Shown here one piece after another: positions 38,140 to 51,788 of a DNA stretch of 64,000 nucleotides. Origin of the DNA: Haliotis rufescens. Taxonomy: Eukaryota. Made by a program: the position numbers and the translations under genes. The DNA lies in assembly GCF_023055435.1 (NCBI RefSeq), contig NW_025963779.1:83886001-83950000 (forward strand), in the 5' to 3' direction. The notes under the pieces were generated by a model that saw only the letters and a list, made by a program, of their open reading frames with translations, did no database searches and was not told the DNA's origin. Position 1 is the stretch's first letter. Each line of letters opens with the position of its first letter.

Positions 38140-40975
38140 ACATTGGTTAATGTGATGGTGGTGATAAACGTTGGTTGGTGTGATAGTGATGTGCACTGGT
38201 CGGTGTGATTGTGATGATTGTGGCTGTGGACATAGGTTGGTGTGATTGTGACGGTGGACATTGGTTGGTGTGATTGTGGCTGTGGACATAGGTTGGTGTG
38301 ATTGTGACGGTGGACATTGGTTGGTGTGATTGTGACGGTGGACATAGGTTGGTGTGATAGTGGTGTGCACTGGTCGGGGTGATTGTGGCGGTGGACATTG
38401 GTTGGTGTGATAGTGGTGTGCACTGGTCGGGGTGATTGTGGCAGTGGACATTGGTTGGTGTGATTGTGGCTGTGGACATTGGTTGGTGTGATTGTGATGT
38501 GGACATTGGTTGGTGTGATTGTGATGGTGGACATTGGTTGGTGTGATAGTGGTGGTGGACATTGGTTGGTGTGATTGTGGCTGTGGACATTGGTTGGTGT
38601 GATTGTGGCTGTGGACATAGGTTGGTGTGATTGTGACGGTGGACATTGGTTGGTGTGATTGTGGCTGTGGACATAGGTTGGTGTGATTGTGACGGTGGAC
38701 ATTGGTTGGTGTGATTGTGACGGTGGACATAGGTTGGTGTGATAGTGGTGTGCACTGGTCGGGGTGATTGTGGCGGTGGACATTGGTTGGTGTGATAGTG
38801 GTGTGCACTGGTCGGGGTGATTGTGGCTGTGGACATTGGTTGGTGTGATTGTGATGGTGGACATAGGTTGGTGTGATTGTGGTGGTGGACATAGGTTGGT
38901 GTGATTGTGGCGGTGGACATAGGTTGGTGTGATTGTAGCGGTGGACATTGGTTGGTGTGATTGTGGTGGTGGACATTGGTTGGTGTGATAGTGATGGTGG
39001 ACATTGGTTGGTGTGATTGTGATGGCGGATTTTAGTTGGTGTGATTGTGGTGGTGGAAGTTAGTTGGTGTGATTGTGGCGGTGGACATTGGTTGGTGTGA
39101 TTGTGATGGTGGACATTGGTTGGTGTGATTGTGATGGTTGAAGTTAGTTGGTGTGATTGTGGTGGTGGAAGTTAGTTGGTGTGATTGTGGCGGTGGACAT
39201 TGGTTGGTGTGATTGTGGTGGTGGAAGTTAGTTGGTGTGATTGTGATGGTAGAAGTTTTGTGGTGTTATTGTGGTGTGGACATTTGTTGGGGTGATTGTG
39301 GTCGTGGACATAGCTTGATGTGATTGTGGTGGTGGACATAGGTTGGTGAGATAATGATGTGGACATTGGTTGGTGTGATTGTGATTGTGGAAGTTAGTTG
39401 GTGTGATTGTGGTGGTGGAAGTTAGTTGGTGTGATTGTGGCGGTGGACATTGGTTGGTGTGATTGTGGTGGTGGAAGTTAGTTGGTGTGATTGTGATGGT
39501 AGAAGTTTTGTGGTGTTATTGTGGTGTGGACATTGGTTGGGGTGATTGTGGTCGTGGACATAGCTTGATGTGATTGTGGTGGTGGACATAGGTTGGTGAG
39601 ATAATGATGTGGACATTGGGTGTTGTGATGGCGGTGTGGTTGGTGTGGTGCTGGTGGACATTGGTTGGGGTGATAGTGGTGGTGGACATTGGTGGGTGGG
39701 GGCGGTGTGATGGTGGACATTGGTTGGGGTGATAGTGGTGGTGGACATTGGTTGGGGTGATAGTGGTGGTGGACATTGGTTGGTGTGGTGCTGGTTGACA
39801 TTGGTTGGTGTGGTGCTGGTTGACATTGGTTGGGGTGATAGTGGTGGTGGACATTGGTTGGGGTGATAGTGGTGGTGGACATAGGTTGGGGTGATAGTGG
39901 TGGTTGACATTGGTTGGGGTGATAGTGGTGGTGGACATTGGTTGGGGTGATAGTGGTGGTGGACATTGGTTTGTGTGGTGCTGGTGGACATTGGTTGGGG
40001 TGATAGTGGTGGTGGACATTGGTTGGGGTGATAGTGGTGGTGGACATTGGTTGGGGTGATAGTGGTGGTGGACATTGGTTGGGGTGATAGTGGTGGTGGA
40101 CATTGGTTGGGGTGATAGTGGTGGTGGACATTGGTTGGGGTGATAGTGGTGGTGGACATTGGTTGGGGTGATAGTGGTGGTGGACATTGGTTGGTGTGGT
40201 GCTGGTTGACATTGGTTGGTGTGGTGCTGGTTGACATTGGTTGGGGTGATAGTGGTGGTGGACATTGGTTGGGGTGATAGTGGTGGTGGACATAGGTTTG
40301 GGTGATAGTGGTGGTTGACATTGGTTGGGGTGATAGTGGTGGTGGACATTGGTTGGGGTGATAGTGGTGGTGGACATTGGTTGGTGTGGTGCTGGTGGAC
40401 ATTGGTTGGGGTGATAGTGGTGGTGGACATTGGTTGGGGTGATAGTGGTGGTGGACATAGGTTGGGGTGATAGTGGTGGTGGACATTGGTTGGGGTGATA
40501 GTGGTGGTGGACATTGGTTGGGGTGATAGTGGTGGTGGACATTGGTTGGGGTGATAGTGGTGGTGGACATTGGTTGGGGTGATAGTGGTGGTGGACATTG
40601 GTTGGGGTGATAGTGGTGGTGGACATTGGTTGGGGTGATAGTGGTGGTGGACATTGGTTGGGGTGATAGTGGTGGTGGACATAGGTTGGGGTGATAGTGG
40701 TGGTGGACATTGGTTGGGGTGATAGTGGTGGTGGACATTGGTTGGGGTGATAGTGGTGGTGGACATTGGTTGGGGTGATAGTGGTGGTGGACATTGGTTG
40801 GGGTGATAGTGGTGGTGGACATTGGTTGGGGTGATAGTGGTGGTGGACATTGGTTGGGGTGATAGTGCTGGTGGACATTGGTTGGGGTGATAGTGCTGGT
40901 GGACATTGGTTGGGGTGATAGTGGTGGTGGACATTGGTTGGTGGGGGCGGTGGGGGCGGTGTGATGGTGGGCAAT
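38140..40975. repeat. 28-bp G/T-rich minisatellite (ggacattggttggggtgatagtggtggt)
   Basis: Period 28; heterogeneous left part, homogeneous right part. Confidence 0.97.
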
Positions 40976-43893
40976 GGTTCGGTGGAGTTAGACCTACATT
41001 AGACACTGTATTATTAATTCTGGTGCTTGCACTCTGATTTAGAAAAAAAACTGCTTTAGAAATCAAATCACTTTCAGGGTGTCCTTTGTTATTGAAATTG
41101 ACCTGTCTTCGCGTCGATGTGATGCCGGAAGTAAATATTATCTTATTCAAGCGGTGTCTGTTCCCTGTTGCTATAACGAGTGTATATGTTAATATAATTC
41201 AGTTCTGAAATTCTGAATCGAATCCAAGGCTTTTATCATTCAAAGCCATGTTAACCAAAGTCTGGCTACAAATGGTGCGACGTCAAACCTGTCTAGTGAC
41301 ATCAACAGAGGGCCCGCCTATTCATATCAGACTTTGGAATTCCGGAAGCGTTAGGATATCGTTATTCATTCACTGTTTGCAATTTCCGCACCCGGATCGG
41401 CACGGTCATAATGAAATGTTTCGCCATTTTCCGAGTAAACACAGTTTTAGATGAACTATGTCCCGTCATGAGACAAAGACTGATAGCTGGCTTAAGACGG
41501 AATGTTTACGATTACTGAATCAATATAATATTTGACGAAATGAAAAAATGCAATTTCAGATTGTAATCCACATTTTGGGAGTTGGGACATGTTGATTGCA
41601 CTTGAGAAGCTTGTCTTGACGCAATCTGGTGATTTTACGAAAATATTACATTTTGGCGGAATTGTAATAATACATTATTGCTTAAATGTATTGAGAATAT
41701 TAAATTTCTGAGTACTCAGCGGTCATAAAGCGAACGTTTATTGAATGCGACGGACATTAAACGCTGTTCGTCTCAGTAAAGATACGCACTGTTTATTACG
41801 TCAAGAAGAATCACACTTCGTCATATTTGGATAAGGTGGCAGAATAGACGATAAAATTGTTCCCAAAATTCCACTGGGTGAACAACCCTTTCCTGAAAGA
41901 CTAAAGGTAGATAATCGCTCACTTGAAATCTCATGCTGATAAAGGTGACGTCATTCGTGTCAATTTTAAACATTAATGAATCCTTTAACACATATACCGT
42001 TACAGGGTGCTAGTAATCGGTCTAATCGTATATATCGGACCACTTATGGCAATAATGCGGAAACGATCAAACTGTCTGTTTCACGAGAAAAATATGCAAT
42101 TATTACAAAATTCGTGAATCTCTTCGTTAGCACGATACATAGCTGATCACTCGTTCAAACACCCGAGATCTTTTTCAACGCAGCACAAAGGAGAAATAAA
42201 TAAAAATCGATTCCGATTCAGACATGGGTTCCAAGTTTTCCATCGAGGATTTAGTCCGATATATTTCCATAATTGCCTCTTGTTTGGAAAGAGGTACTGT
42301 CGGCACTAATCAAGCGGACGCGAGTGGATACTGAAAGCTGGAATGGTGATAGCTGAAACGAAAGCGGAAAACGGCCGATTCATTAACGTTGGCATTTTCC
42401 TTTAAATCCCTTGTCGTCTGTCGATCTATATGCTTTATCCCGTAGATGTTTCCTAATGTAATTTTTCAGATGGGAAACAAAATATATTGAGAGTGGGGGA
42501 TCGTAGAGGGAGCGGGCCGTTTAAAGAGCAACAATTGCTAAAAGCAGATAAAAACGAACCATGACCTTCTGGTTATTTCCGCGTGCAATAAAAGTAGGAA
42601 TTACAGAATTTACAGCCACAGGCAAATCTCGTATTATGAAGTATTCGCCAGTTTGGCAATTAGCGTAGAATGGTTTCGCCAATTTGTTAGAAAGTCCTTA
42701 TCGATCTCACCACTTCAAAGTCGTCAAATAAAGGCCGAATGTTCCCCTCTGCTACAAGGGTCGTCCTAGACGTGCAATATATACACTCGGAACTCTCTCC
42801 AATACATTGTTCGCCAGCCTTCCGCTACGCTCCGTACTCGGGCTAATGGAGATTTCAATACAAGTCCGCAAATATCAATTTATATCCCAGAGGCATATAG
42901 TAATGACGCCGTTCTATGAAATTAAGTGTGAGATTGTCCTGTTTAGGCACCGGCCTACTCCAAGACCTGTGAAGTTCTGAAAGCCGAATTGAGACTTTAA
43001 GAACTTGGAGGAAGAAGTGGAATAGCGGCGCTTGTCCACAAAGGATTTGGCAAAGGCTTCTCGGAATTTCATCCTTGAAATGGGTACTTGAGTCTTTAAC
43101 GAACAATTTTCATTGAACACACTTAAAAGGGCTCTTAATAACTTCCCTACCACCATCATCTGAACATGCATTTAAAACGCCATGAGGCAGAGGTGATCAT
43201 ATTTGAGTTCATAAACGGCCTTGAGTGAAAATGTCCTCGTGAAATTGGAAGACTGGAATGTGCAATGTGAGCTAGAGTCGGGACATAGCTTACAGCAAGA
43301 CGACCCCGTCTCATAAGTGTCGAACCTCCTTCAAGCCCTTCTTGGTCACTTATCTACGCGAGGTCATTGCTTTTAGACTTCCACGCTAGATTTTGATGGC
43401 ACCACAGACTGACATTTAACCCCTGAAATATAGTTATCTTATTTCAAAATATATATCTACAAGATATAAAAAACATAAAATCCAAATGGAGCCCAGAACA
43501 ATGCTTGGACAATCAAGACTTGCTCAATTATTCAAGATTTCGTTTTTAATTTATTCTCTTGGGTCTGGGAGACAGAATAATGTCACCGCCAATGCCGAAC
43601 TAGGCTAGTCGGCTGTCGCCATGTTGATTATGAACCGGATGTCGATTTCGTAACGCGATTTTGAAGATGTCAGCGTTATAGTGAAGTTATTTCCGAGAGT
43701 TATTTTTATACTTATCTCGCTGTCATATTAAAAAAACAAAGAGCTCAAACAAACGGGTCCTCGAAAATCCACACGAAGCATTTAACAATTAAAACGACGA
43801 ATGGTGTTCGTGAACACCTCCCGGATAACAAATAGCGCCATCGTACATGAGGGTCGATTAAACCTTTGCACACGTATGAGCCCCCATGCATCA

Positions 43894-44077
43894 GCTGCAT
43901 TTTCAGCAACATTTACAAAGTGTGGAGTCTCTGTACTGTATCGTCAGCGTTATTTTCAAAGTGTGACAAGCCTCCAGGCTGCATTTTCAGCAACATTTAC
44001 TACAAAGTGTAAAGAGTCTCTACTGTATTTTCAGCGTCATTTTCAAAGTGTGACAATCCTTAAGGCTGCATTTTCAG
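43894..44077. repeat. ~85-bp tandem duplication (two copies plus the start of a third)
   Basis: gctgcattttcag at 43894, 43978 and 44065. Confidence 0.85.
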
Positions 44078-44336
44078 GCATGAATATTCAGTCCGCCGCA
44101 TGAAGTTCTCAAGACGAACACAAACTGCCATTGACAAACAGCAGGTATCCATCAAGAGCTCATGCATATTCATATTTCAATCACTGTAACAAAACAGTGA
44201 CAGAGTAAATGAATGGAATTGGTATATTCAATAACAACGATGACACCTGGTGTTCGCGAAAAGGCTGAGCATATCCTGCCACTGGCAGAACTCGAAGTCC
44301 TGGCTCACAAGATCGAATGGAACGATGGTGTATTTC

Positions 44337-44492
44337 AGTGAGTGAGTGAGCATGGTTTTACGCCGCTTTTAGCAATATTCCCGCCTCGTCATAGCTGGGG
44401 ACACCAGAAATGGGATTCACACCTTGTACCCATGTGGGGAACCGAACCCGGGTCTTCGGCGTGACGAGCGAACGCTTTAACCACTGGGCTAC
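44337..44492 (-). mobile_element. SINE family B
   Basis: Close match to the reverse complement of 48025-48189. Confidence 0.88.
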
Positions 44493-46412
44493 AGATGTAA
44501 TTGAATATTGATACAGTAGTAAAGACTAGAATGGTAAAGTGCCTTGGTTGATGTCGCTACGTACAGAATCTCGCGATTATTGGGAGGGAGAGTCGATTCT
44601 CAATCGCCACGACCCTTGATATCCAGTACTGCAACGTATGAACGCCTTTCACATGGAACGATCGCTTGAGTGCAAACAATTCCTGACCGATCCCTTGTAC
44701 TTCCACACCCGGCTGTGAAAGTACGCTATGGTAATTGTGACTATCGATCCCAGCTTGTCTTTCAACTCATGATATAAGGACTTTCAATCAAGCGGGTCAA
44801 TGAAACAATTCGGATGTATCTTTATAATTGTCACTGTATTAAGTCCAGACTCGATCCAAACACAGATACGTTCGCAGGTGGTAATTAAATTATCACCTTG
44901 TAACGAGCCTTGACGTCCGAGCATATGCTGGTTCGCTTCGGAGACCTCCCTCTGGTCTCAACAGCATGGCGTCGTCATAAAGACAAAACAACAATTAAGG
45001 GTTATGCGTGTTTCAGGGCCCATGAAGTCCATTGCTTCCGCGAGGGGTCAAAACGATGCATACCAAACAGATCACGATAAGGAAAATAATTATTTTGTCA
45101 ACATGCTACCGGCTACTGGCTATCGGGAGAAAGGTTGAGGGAGATCCCGCGCCTTCACGTTTCCGCCGGGATTATGCGAGACGTCATCAGGACATACTAC
45201 AATAAATTGCTGTTTTCGTTTCGGTTTCTCTAACTCTCTTGTGTCAACTTTTTTATGCTCCCTGAAAACATTAGCGGAAGAAGACGACTCCATTTAGACG
45301 CGGGAGAAGATTTCCTCCAATTATCTCCCTTGTTTTTTTTGCCTTTGAAACCATATCCCGCGGACGGTAGTACACCGTGATTTGATAGAGAATGACACTG
45401 CTGAGATACATTGTTACATGCGGCGATATCGTCGAGGCGATTTCCGAGTGGGGTTTCCTTCAAAGATGACCTCCATTGTTGTAAAAAACGGAAAAACCTT
45501 CAGTAGACTGACCCCTATTTAGAAAAGAATATCCACGTGAGTAGCCTCTTTACCCTTAATCCGTGCTGCGACCCCACAGAACGAAGACCGTATTAACTCT
45601 AAGCTAGTTTACCGTGGAGTCCTTTTCTGTTCCTCTTACTGCTAGGTTTGGAAACCATGAAGTAAGACTTTGCAGGAATTCCAAAAGAAAACCTTATCTT
45701 TCGAACCTTGTTTAATGCACGCTTGATGCGGCTTTAAGTCAGCGCGGAGTCTTTTATTTCATTACACAGTGTAATAATGCATCTTGATGAAAAAAAAAGG
45801 AATTAGGAGTCTTGTGTTGAGGCATAGGATGAGATAGTAATGTTTTGTGCGTACTCGAAAAGCCGGACATGTTAGTCACAGCCGGAAAAGGCAACATTTT
45901 TTTTAAAGTTGAAGACTAGTGAATTTGTGAAAAAAGAGGTTTACAATGTCCGCCCAGATCTGTTTAAATGGGAATCGGAATTCCATAAAAGACCTTCCAG
46001 GTCTACAAATAGGAGAGCGCATTATAGTGTCAGGAAGACAGTCATTGGCCGTTTGTTTTAGTATTTTTGGTTGGGTTTGTGTTTATTTATTTTAACATTG
46101 GGCTATCGGATGGTTATAGAACGCTATTGGGGGCACACGCACGTCCAAGTAGTTCATTGTCTGCCTTTAATCTCTTGCTTCTTTGAGTTGGAGTGAGTGA
46201 GTGAGTGATATTCCATCAATATCGATTAGCTTATATCAGTGAGGGGATTCGAACCTTACAGTCAACCGTGACCAGCGAGTGATTAATCCGCTGGGCTAGC
46301 AAACATCCATTGTTTTAGCTGGATATCAGCAAATCCTAATAATAGTGTTGCAGTTAAGTTGAATTAAGACCATCATTCAATTCTATACAAATACTCTAAT
46401 TTTTGTGGACAG

Positions 46413-46632
46413 TTCCGGGTTAGAATTGGTCTTTAGCAACCAATAGTGAGAGGCGACTAATGGGATCGGGTGGTCGGACTCGCTGACTTGGTTGATGCAT
46501 GTCATCGTATCTTAATTGCGAAGATCGATGCTCATGATGTCAATCCAGTCTGGTCCAGACTCGATTATTTACAGACCGCCGTCATAAGGCTGGAATATTG
46601 TTGAGTGCGACGTCAAACAACAACAAAACAAA
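46413..46632 (+). mobile_element. Retroposon family C
   Basis: tccgggttagaattggtctttagcaacc..gaggcgactaatgggatc head, shared body and tail. Confidence 0.85.
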
Positions 46633-47554
46633 AGATTTCATATGGTTTTGCTAACAGACAAAGACGACAATCAGACTCACAGAGGCACTTCGATATATTC
46701 CTGTATTGTTACCCGTGCTAAACAAAAAATCTTTGAACATGTTGCCCTGTATTTCAAGAACCCTTGAACGAGTCAGATCTGGAACCAACGCTCCAGTCAT
46801 TCATCTAGAACAAACCTCTCGCCCTGTGAGGAAACTCTTGAGTTATTCTTGATACGCATGGAGTAATAGAGTGAGTGAGTGAAGGACGGAGAACGCTTGG
46901 TCGTTCTTCACACGTTTTACCACTACTGAGAATCGAACCTAGTCTGCGATGTGACGAACCATCCTAATAACCACCCACAAACTAATCAACCGAAAAGCAC
47001 TGACTGAAAAGATTAACTGGCTTGAAAATCCAACAGAATTAAACTTTAGAAAACCATTGTCGTTGACATCATGTATGTGTGCAGGTTTTTTAAACTTTTT
47101 ACCAACTTATTATAGTTTTCTGACAAAAACTATATTTCAATTTATCAAAAGCAACTCGGTGTTAGGAAATCCAATATTTATATTTCCGTTTCACGTAGTC
47201 GTGCCTAGCAGATGTTGACAAGTGCATATATTGTCCTTTCTCTGACAATGGGGTCGATGCAGTGGGAGAATGAGTAAAACACTATCTGTGTTCCAGGCGG
47301 GGCCCCATGGAGAGAGGCCCTGTTCAAAAGACGTGCAAATTATAATTTTATTGATGAGATGTTTGCAGCTAGAATCTCCCAGAGAACTCTAACAGCCGCG
47401 ATGAAAGCAAGGCAGAGATGACAGGATTTTGACAATGAATTCAGCGACTGTGAAAAAACTTCTAATGGTGGGTAACATGAAATCGGGAAACTATCGATTG
47501 GTGTTAGTACAGTACCGGACAGACGTAGGTAACACTTTTGTTCGGAGTAATGTT

Positions 47555-47737
47555 GAGTTAGTGAGTTGGGTTTGACGTCGTTTTGGACAGTATTCCAGTT
47601 TATTGTGTGAGGAAAGGCCGCAGTTTTAGTCGTTTACCACTTTGGTGAAACACACGAGCACGGGTATGGTGCTGACAAACTTAGAATCAATCGGGGCGAA
47701 CCGGGATTCGAACCCACACTCATAGGTTTCTGGCGTG
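47555..47737 (-). mobile_element. SINE family A, degraded and truncated
   Basis: cacgagcacgggtatggtgctgacaaac..aatcggggcgaaccgggattcgaacccaca. Confidence 0.85.
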
Positions 47738-48024
47738 TGTTTCATAATGTGTTGCACTGAGATGTAACTAGGTACTCACGCGTGTATCTACCGGGTTAGA
47801 GTATATAATACCCGTGCCAGAGCTTCATGAACATGTTAGGGAATATTCACGACACATTTTTCATGAAAACGTCAGGCGTACTCACGACAAATTACCACGG
47901 GTTCTAATAACTCCATATACAAGGGCAACTAGATTAACAATGGCACTAGTATTTCACCCATCAAAACTATTCGTAGCATAATAGTAATAGTCATTTGTGA
48001 CCACCCCTGTTCTTTCGTTTACGG

Positions 48025-48189
48025 GGGGCGGTCGGGTAGCCTAGTGGTTAAAGCGTTCGCTCGTCACGCCGAAGACCCGAGTTCGATTCCCGACATAGGT
48101 ACAATGTGTGAAGCCCATTTCGGGTGTCCACCGCCGTGATATTGATGGAATATTGCTAAAAGCGGCGTAAAACCATACTCACTCACTCA
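48025..48189 (+). mobile_element. tRNA(Asp)-like SINE family B, full length
   Basis: A box TAGCCTAGTGG; GTCACGC..AGACC.GAGTTCGATTCCC as in tRNA-Asp; (ACTC)n tail. 13-bp TSD ctttcgtttacgg at 48012-48024 and 48190-48202. Confidence 0.93.
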
Positions 48190-49082
48190 CTTTCGTTTAC
48201 GGTCAAAGTCGAATAGTGGCGGTACCTGCCCGACTAAACCCGGAATTTCCCGAGGTGAATATCACAGCTTATGTTCACCGTGTATTGGAGACCTCTCTGA
48301 ATATGACGTCTCTATTTGACGAACAAGTTTGAAACACAGACTGTAGATTGATTTATTTGACAGGAGTGTTAAGTAGCTGACCCGTGCCCTGTATGTGACC
48401 TATCTCGGAATGTAACATCTTGATGTAACTCAAAGAGGGAAAAACTGGTAGAATTTAAACAACTGGGGCGTATCATTGTGTGCTTTTGGTCGCCATGGAA
48501 CCCGCCCCGTTTCTGAGGTGGTATCATTAATCGCCAAGCTATTGAGTTGTGTTTTCTTTTCGTCCGCAATGCTTGTTTGTGCCAATATACGTTACATTCA
48601 CTATCCGCCCTGACGGGGACTTATTAGCATGGTGTCTCGGCTCAGGATCATATTTGTTTCAGAATTCTTCGATGTCACGATCCATGTTTCCCCTCGGAAC
48701 GCCCGTCTCCCTTGTGTGGCATTGTCTGAGTGTTCATAGAAAGGGTTTGCGCATTTGTGGGTATATCTAAGACGGTTGTGCAGTAGCTCAAGTGGTGATC
48801 CTTCGGAATGTTGGACATGATTGTTATATTGTTGTTGTTGGTGGTGGTGTTGTTGTTGTTGCTGCTGCTGTTTATTCGTGTCTATTACTTGGTGAATTGG
48901 GCTTTCCATCTGCATCAAAATCACAATTAATAAGTTTCATCTTTTTCAGACATGATTGGACTATGCATAGACCAGTATATGATGGGACGGCCGAGGGTGG
49001 AAACTGGACTTTTATAGTCAGATGACTCCCTTGCGTATGGAAGATGGCCATTTCCACCCATAAGTTTCTAATGTTAACCATT

Positions 49083-49647
49083 GTCATCATCAGCATCACC
49101 TGCAGTAACATCATTATCACGAGTAACGACATCATTATCACTAGCATCATCGCCAGTAACGACATCTTTTTCACTAGCATCATCACCAGTAACGACACTA
49201 TTATCACCATCATCACCACCAGTAACGACATCATTATCACTAGCATCATCGCCAGTAACGACGCCATTATCACCAGCATCATCACCAGAAACGACATCAT
49301 TATCGCCAGCAGCATCAGCAGTAACGACATCATTATCACTAGCATCATCGCCAGTAACGACGCCATTATCACCAGCATCATCACCAGAAACGACATCATT
49401 ATCGCCAGCAACATCAGCAGTAACGACATCATTATCACTAGCATCATCGCCAGTAACGACACCATTATCACCAGCATCATCACCAGTAACGACATCATTA
49501 TCGCCAGCAGCATCAGCAGTAACGACATCATTTTCATCAGCATCACCTGCAGTAACGCCATCTTCTTTAGCATCAACAGCAGTAGCGACATCATTATCAC
49601 CAGCAACAACAGCAGTAACGACATCATTATCATCAGCATCACCTGCA
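49083..49647. repeat. 33-bp triplet-structured minisatellite (cagtaacgacatcattatcaccagcatcatcac)
   Basis: Period 33; four overlapping ORFs in the supplied track. Confidence 0.95.
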
Positions 49648-50370
49648 TTAAACGGCATTGTCACAATTATCAGTCGCATTATCATATATGGTACCCTCCT
49701 CTCTATATAACCATTAAGTGGGTACATCGTAACGTCACTATCGCTACGGTTGTGAACAGTATCTCCCATCTCTGCTATCTGGCCTCCAGTTCCACGTCCT
49801 TCCAGCCTGCTGCTGTTCGCGAACACCCAAATCCTGTGAGGCGATTAATGGCGACTTTGAATCGATAACAAAGTAAATTGCACGCACTGTCTCTTGACAA
49901 ATTCCTTTCACGGGCAAAGCTCCATGTGATGAATATAGAAGCAAGCGGGGATCAGGCAAGGAGATGTGCGAAAGATACTCTTTAGAGAACAAGATGAAAC
50001 AGCATTGATGGTAGACGTGTAATCCTCGAGACGGGTAGCAGAGCGAATAGAACCACCTCGGATGTGCCCCGCTCGTGACAACAGTCGGGTGACAACAGTC
50101 GGGTGGATGCAGTTATTACTTCTGTACCGGTTGTAACAGATGCAGGATAACCTGACTGGGTGAGCCCCTAGGGGCGGGGACAAACTGGCCCCAGGATTCG
50201 CTGCGTGTCCTTAATAGCGATAATGGTGGTTGGTTCACTGTCACTGAGAATGTTTAATATGTGAATATTATCAGTCCCCAATTTGACTACTTTGTGTCCG
50301 AGGACACTATGGGGGTAGTGATATAACTGCGTCACATGCTAACTGCGTTAACGCTTCCCCGTAAGTCAAT

Positions 50371-50894
50371 TCACTCACTCACTGTATATGCTGCGTCGTA
50401 TCAGGTTCACTGACTCACTCACTCACCCACCTACTCACTCACTCACTCACTGTATAGGCTGCGTCGTATCAGGTTCACAAACTCACTCACCCACTCACTC
50501 ACACACTCACACACTCACTCACTGTATAGTCTGCGTCGTATCAGGTTCACCCACTCACTCACACACTCACTCACTCACTGTATAGGCTGCGTCGTATCAG
50601 GTTCAACCACTCACTCACTCACTCACTCACTGTATAGGCTGCGTCGTATCAGGTTCACCCACTCACTCACTCATTCACTCACTCACTCACTCACTGTATA
50701 GGCTGCGTCGTATCAGGTTCACTAACTCACACACTCACTCACTGTATAGGCTGCGTCGTATCAGGTTCACCCACTCACTCACTCACTCACTGTATAGGCT
50801 GCGTCGTATCAGGTTCACTCACTCACTCACTCACTCATTCACTCATTCACTCGCTCACTCACTCACTGTAACAGTTGTGTGGTATCAGGTGTAC
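50371..50894. repeat. Compound repeat: 28-bp constant unit (tgtataggctgcgtcgtatcaggttcac) x8 with variable (ACTC)n spacers
   Basis: Units at 50383, 50451, 50523, 50579, 50631, 50695, 50743 and 50791; degenerate ninth at 50867. Confidence 0.93.
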
Positions 50895-51491
50895 TGACAT
50901 TTCGGAGAGGAAAGGGGGAACTCTCGAGACATTGGTGACGCCAGTGTTATGAATAAGTCCAGCATATTTTGACCAGTGTATTCTATTGAAACCATTCTCA
51001 CGCATTAAAACCAACACCGGTATTCAGGCCACGACAACGACAAATGTCTTTTCTGTGTTCATGTCAACTGATTTGACCAACATCCCCCTTTACTACAGCA
51101 CTATCACCTCAATCCAACTAATTACAAAATTATATAAAAATGTATTATATCAGCAACGACGCTTATGCTAGGATTTGTGTTTCATCTAATGTCAGTCTTT
51201 CACGTTTCAATCAGTAACAGTACCAGTTTAACAGTGGCGACCTGTGAATGATTGTGTCTGGGCCTGGTAAACCCGTGGGTAACAGCGTGAGCAACGCCCC
51301 GAGATGTATTCGGAATGTCATATTTCTTCCAATTTTGCAATAATAACAATTTCCGAAATCCCATAAAAAAATTATTTTGAAGAAAACATATAATATAACT
51401 TTGTGGAACACATTGGTGCGACCATATCGATCGTTGGTTGGCCTTATTGATCGCTGGTTGAAAGGTCCAATCATGCTTTTCATGACGTCTT

Positions 51492-51788
51492 GATACAGAT
51501 GAAATATTGCTGGCGATATGCCGTAGACACGCCCACTCACTCCCTTGGGAAGTGGAGTAGAGACGAGATCAAACCGGTTAACATGGCGTCCTGAAATAGA
51601 TATTGCTTAGTATATGCTGCAGACATACCCGTCCACCAACTCAATCACTCACTCAGGAAATAGAGACAAGATCAACCAGGTTAACATTATACAGATGTAA
51701 TATTGCATATTGTATGCCGTAGACACGCCCATCCACCCACTCACTCACTTACTCGGGAAGTAGAGACAAGATCAACCAGGCTAACATA
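51492..51788. repeat. Three diverged ~95-105-bp tandem units containing SINE-tail-like sequence
   Basis: Repeated atattgc..tatgc(c/t)g(t/c)agaca..actcac..tagagac(g/a)agatcaa...taacat. Confidence 0.75.

Noticed and set aside
37723-41150. Six 285-544-aa overlapping ORFs
   Set aside because: All three minus frames are open through a 28-bp repeat; this is a compositional artefact.
48025-48100. tRNA-Asp gene (and other A/B-box hits)
   Set aside because: No proper acceptor stem; the sequence continues into a SINE body and tail and is flanked by a TSD.
50371-50894. CRISPR-like repeat-spacer appearance
   Set aside because: Spacers are (ACTC)n microsatellite of variable length, there are no cas genes, and the context is eukaryotic.
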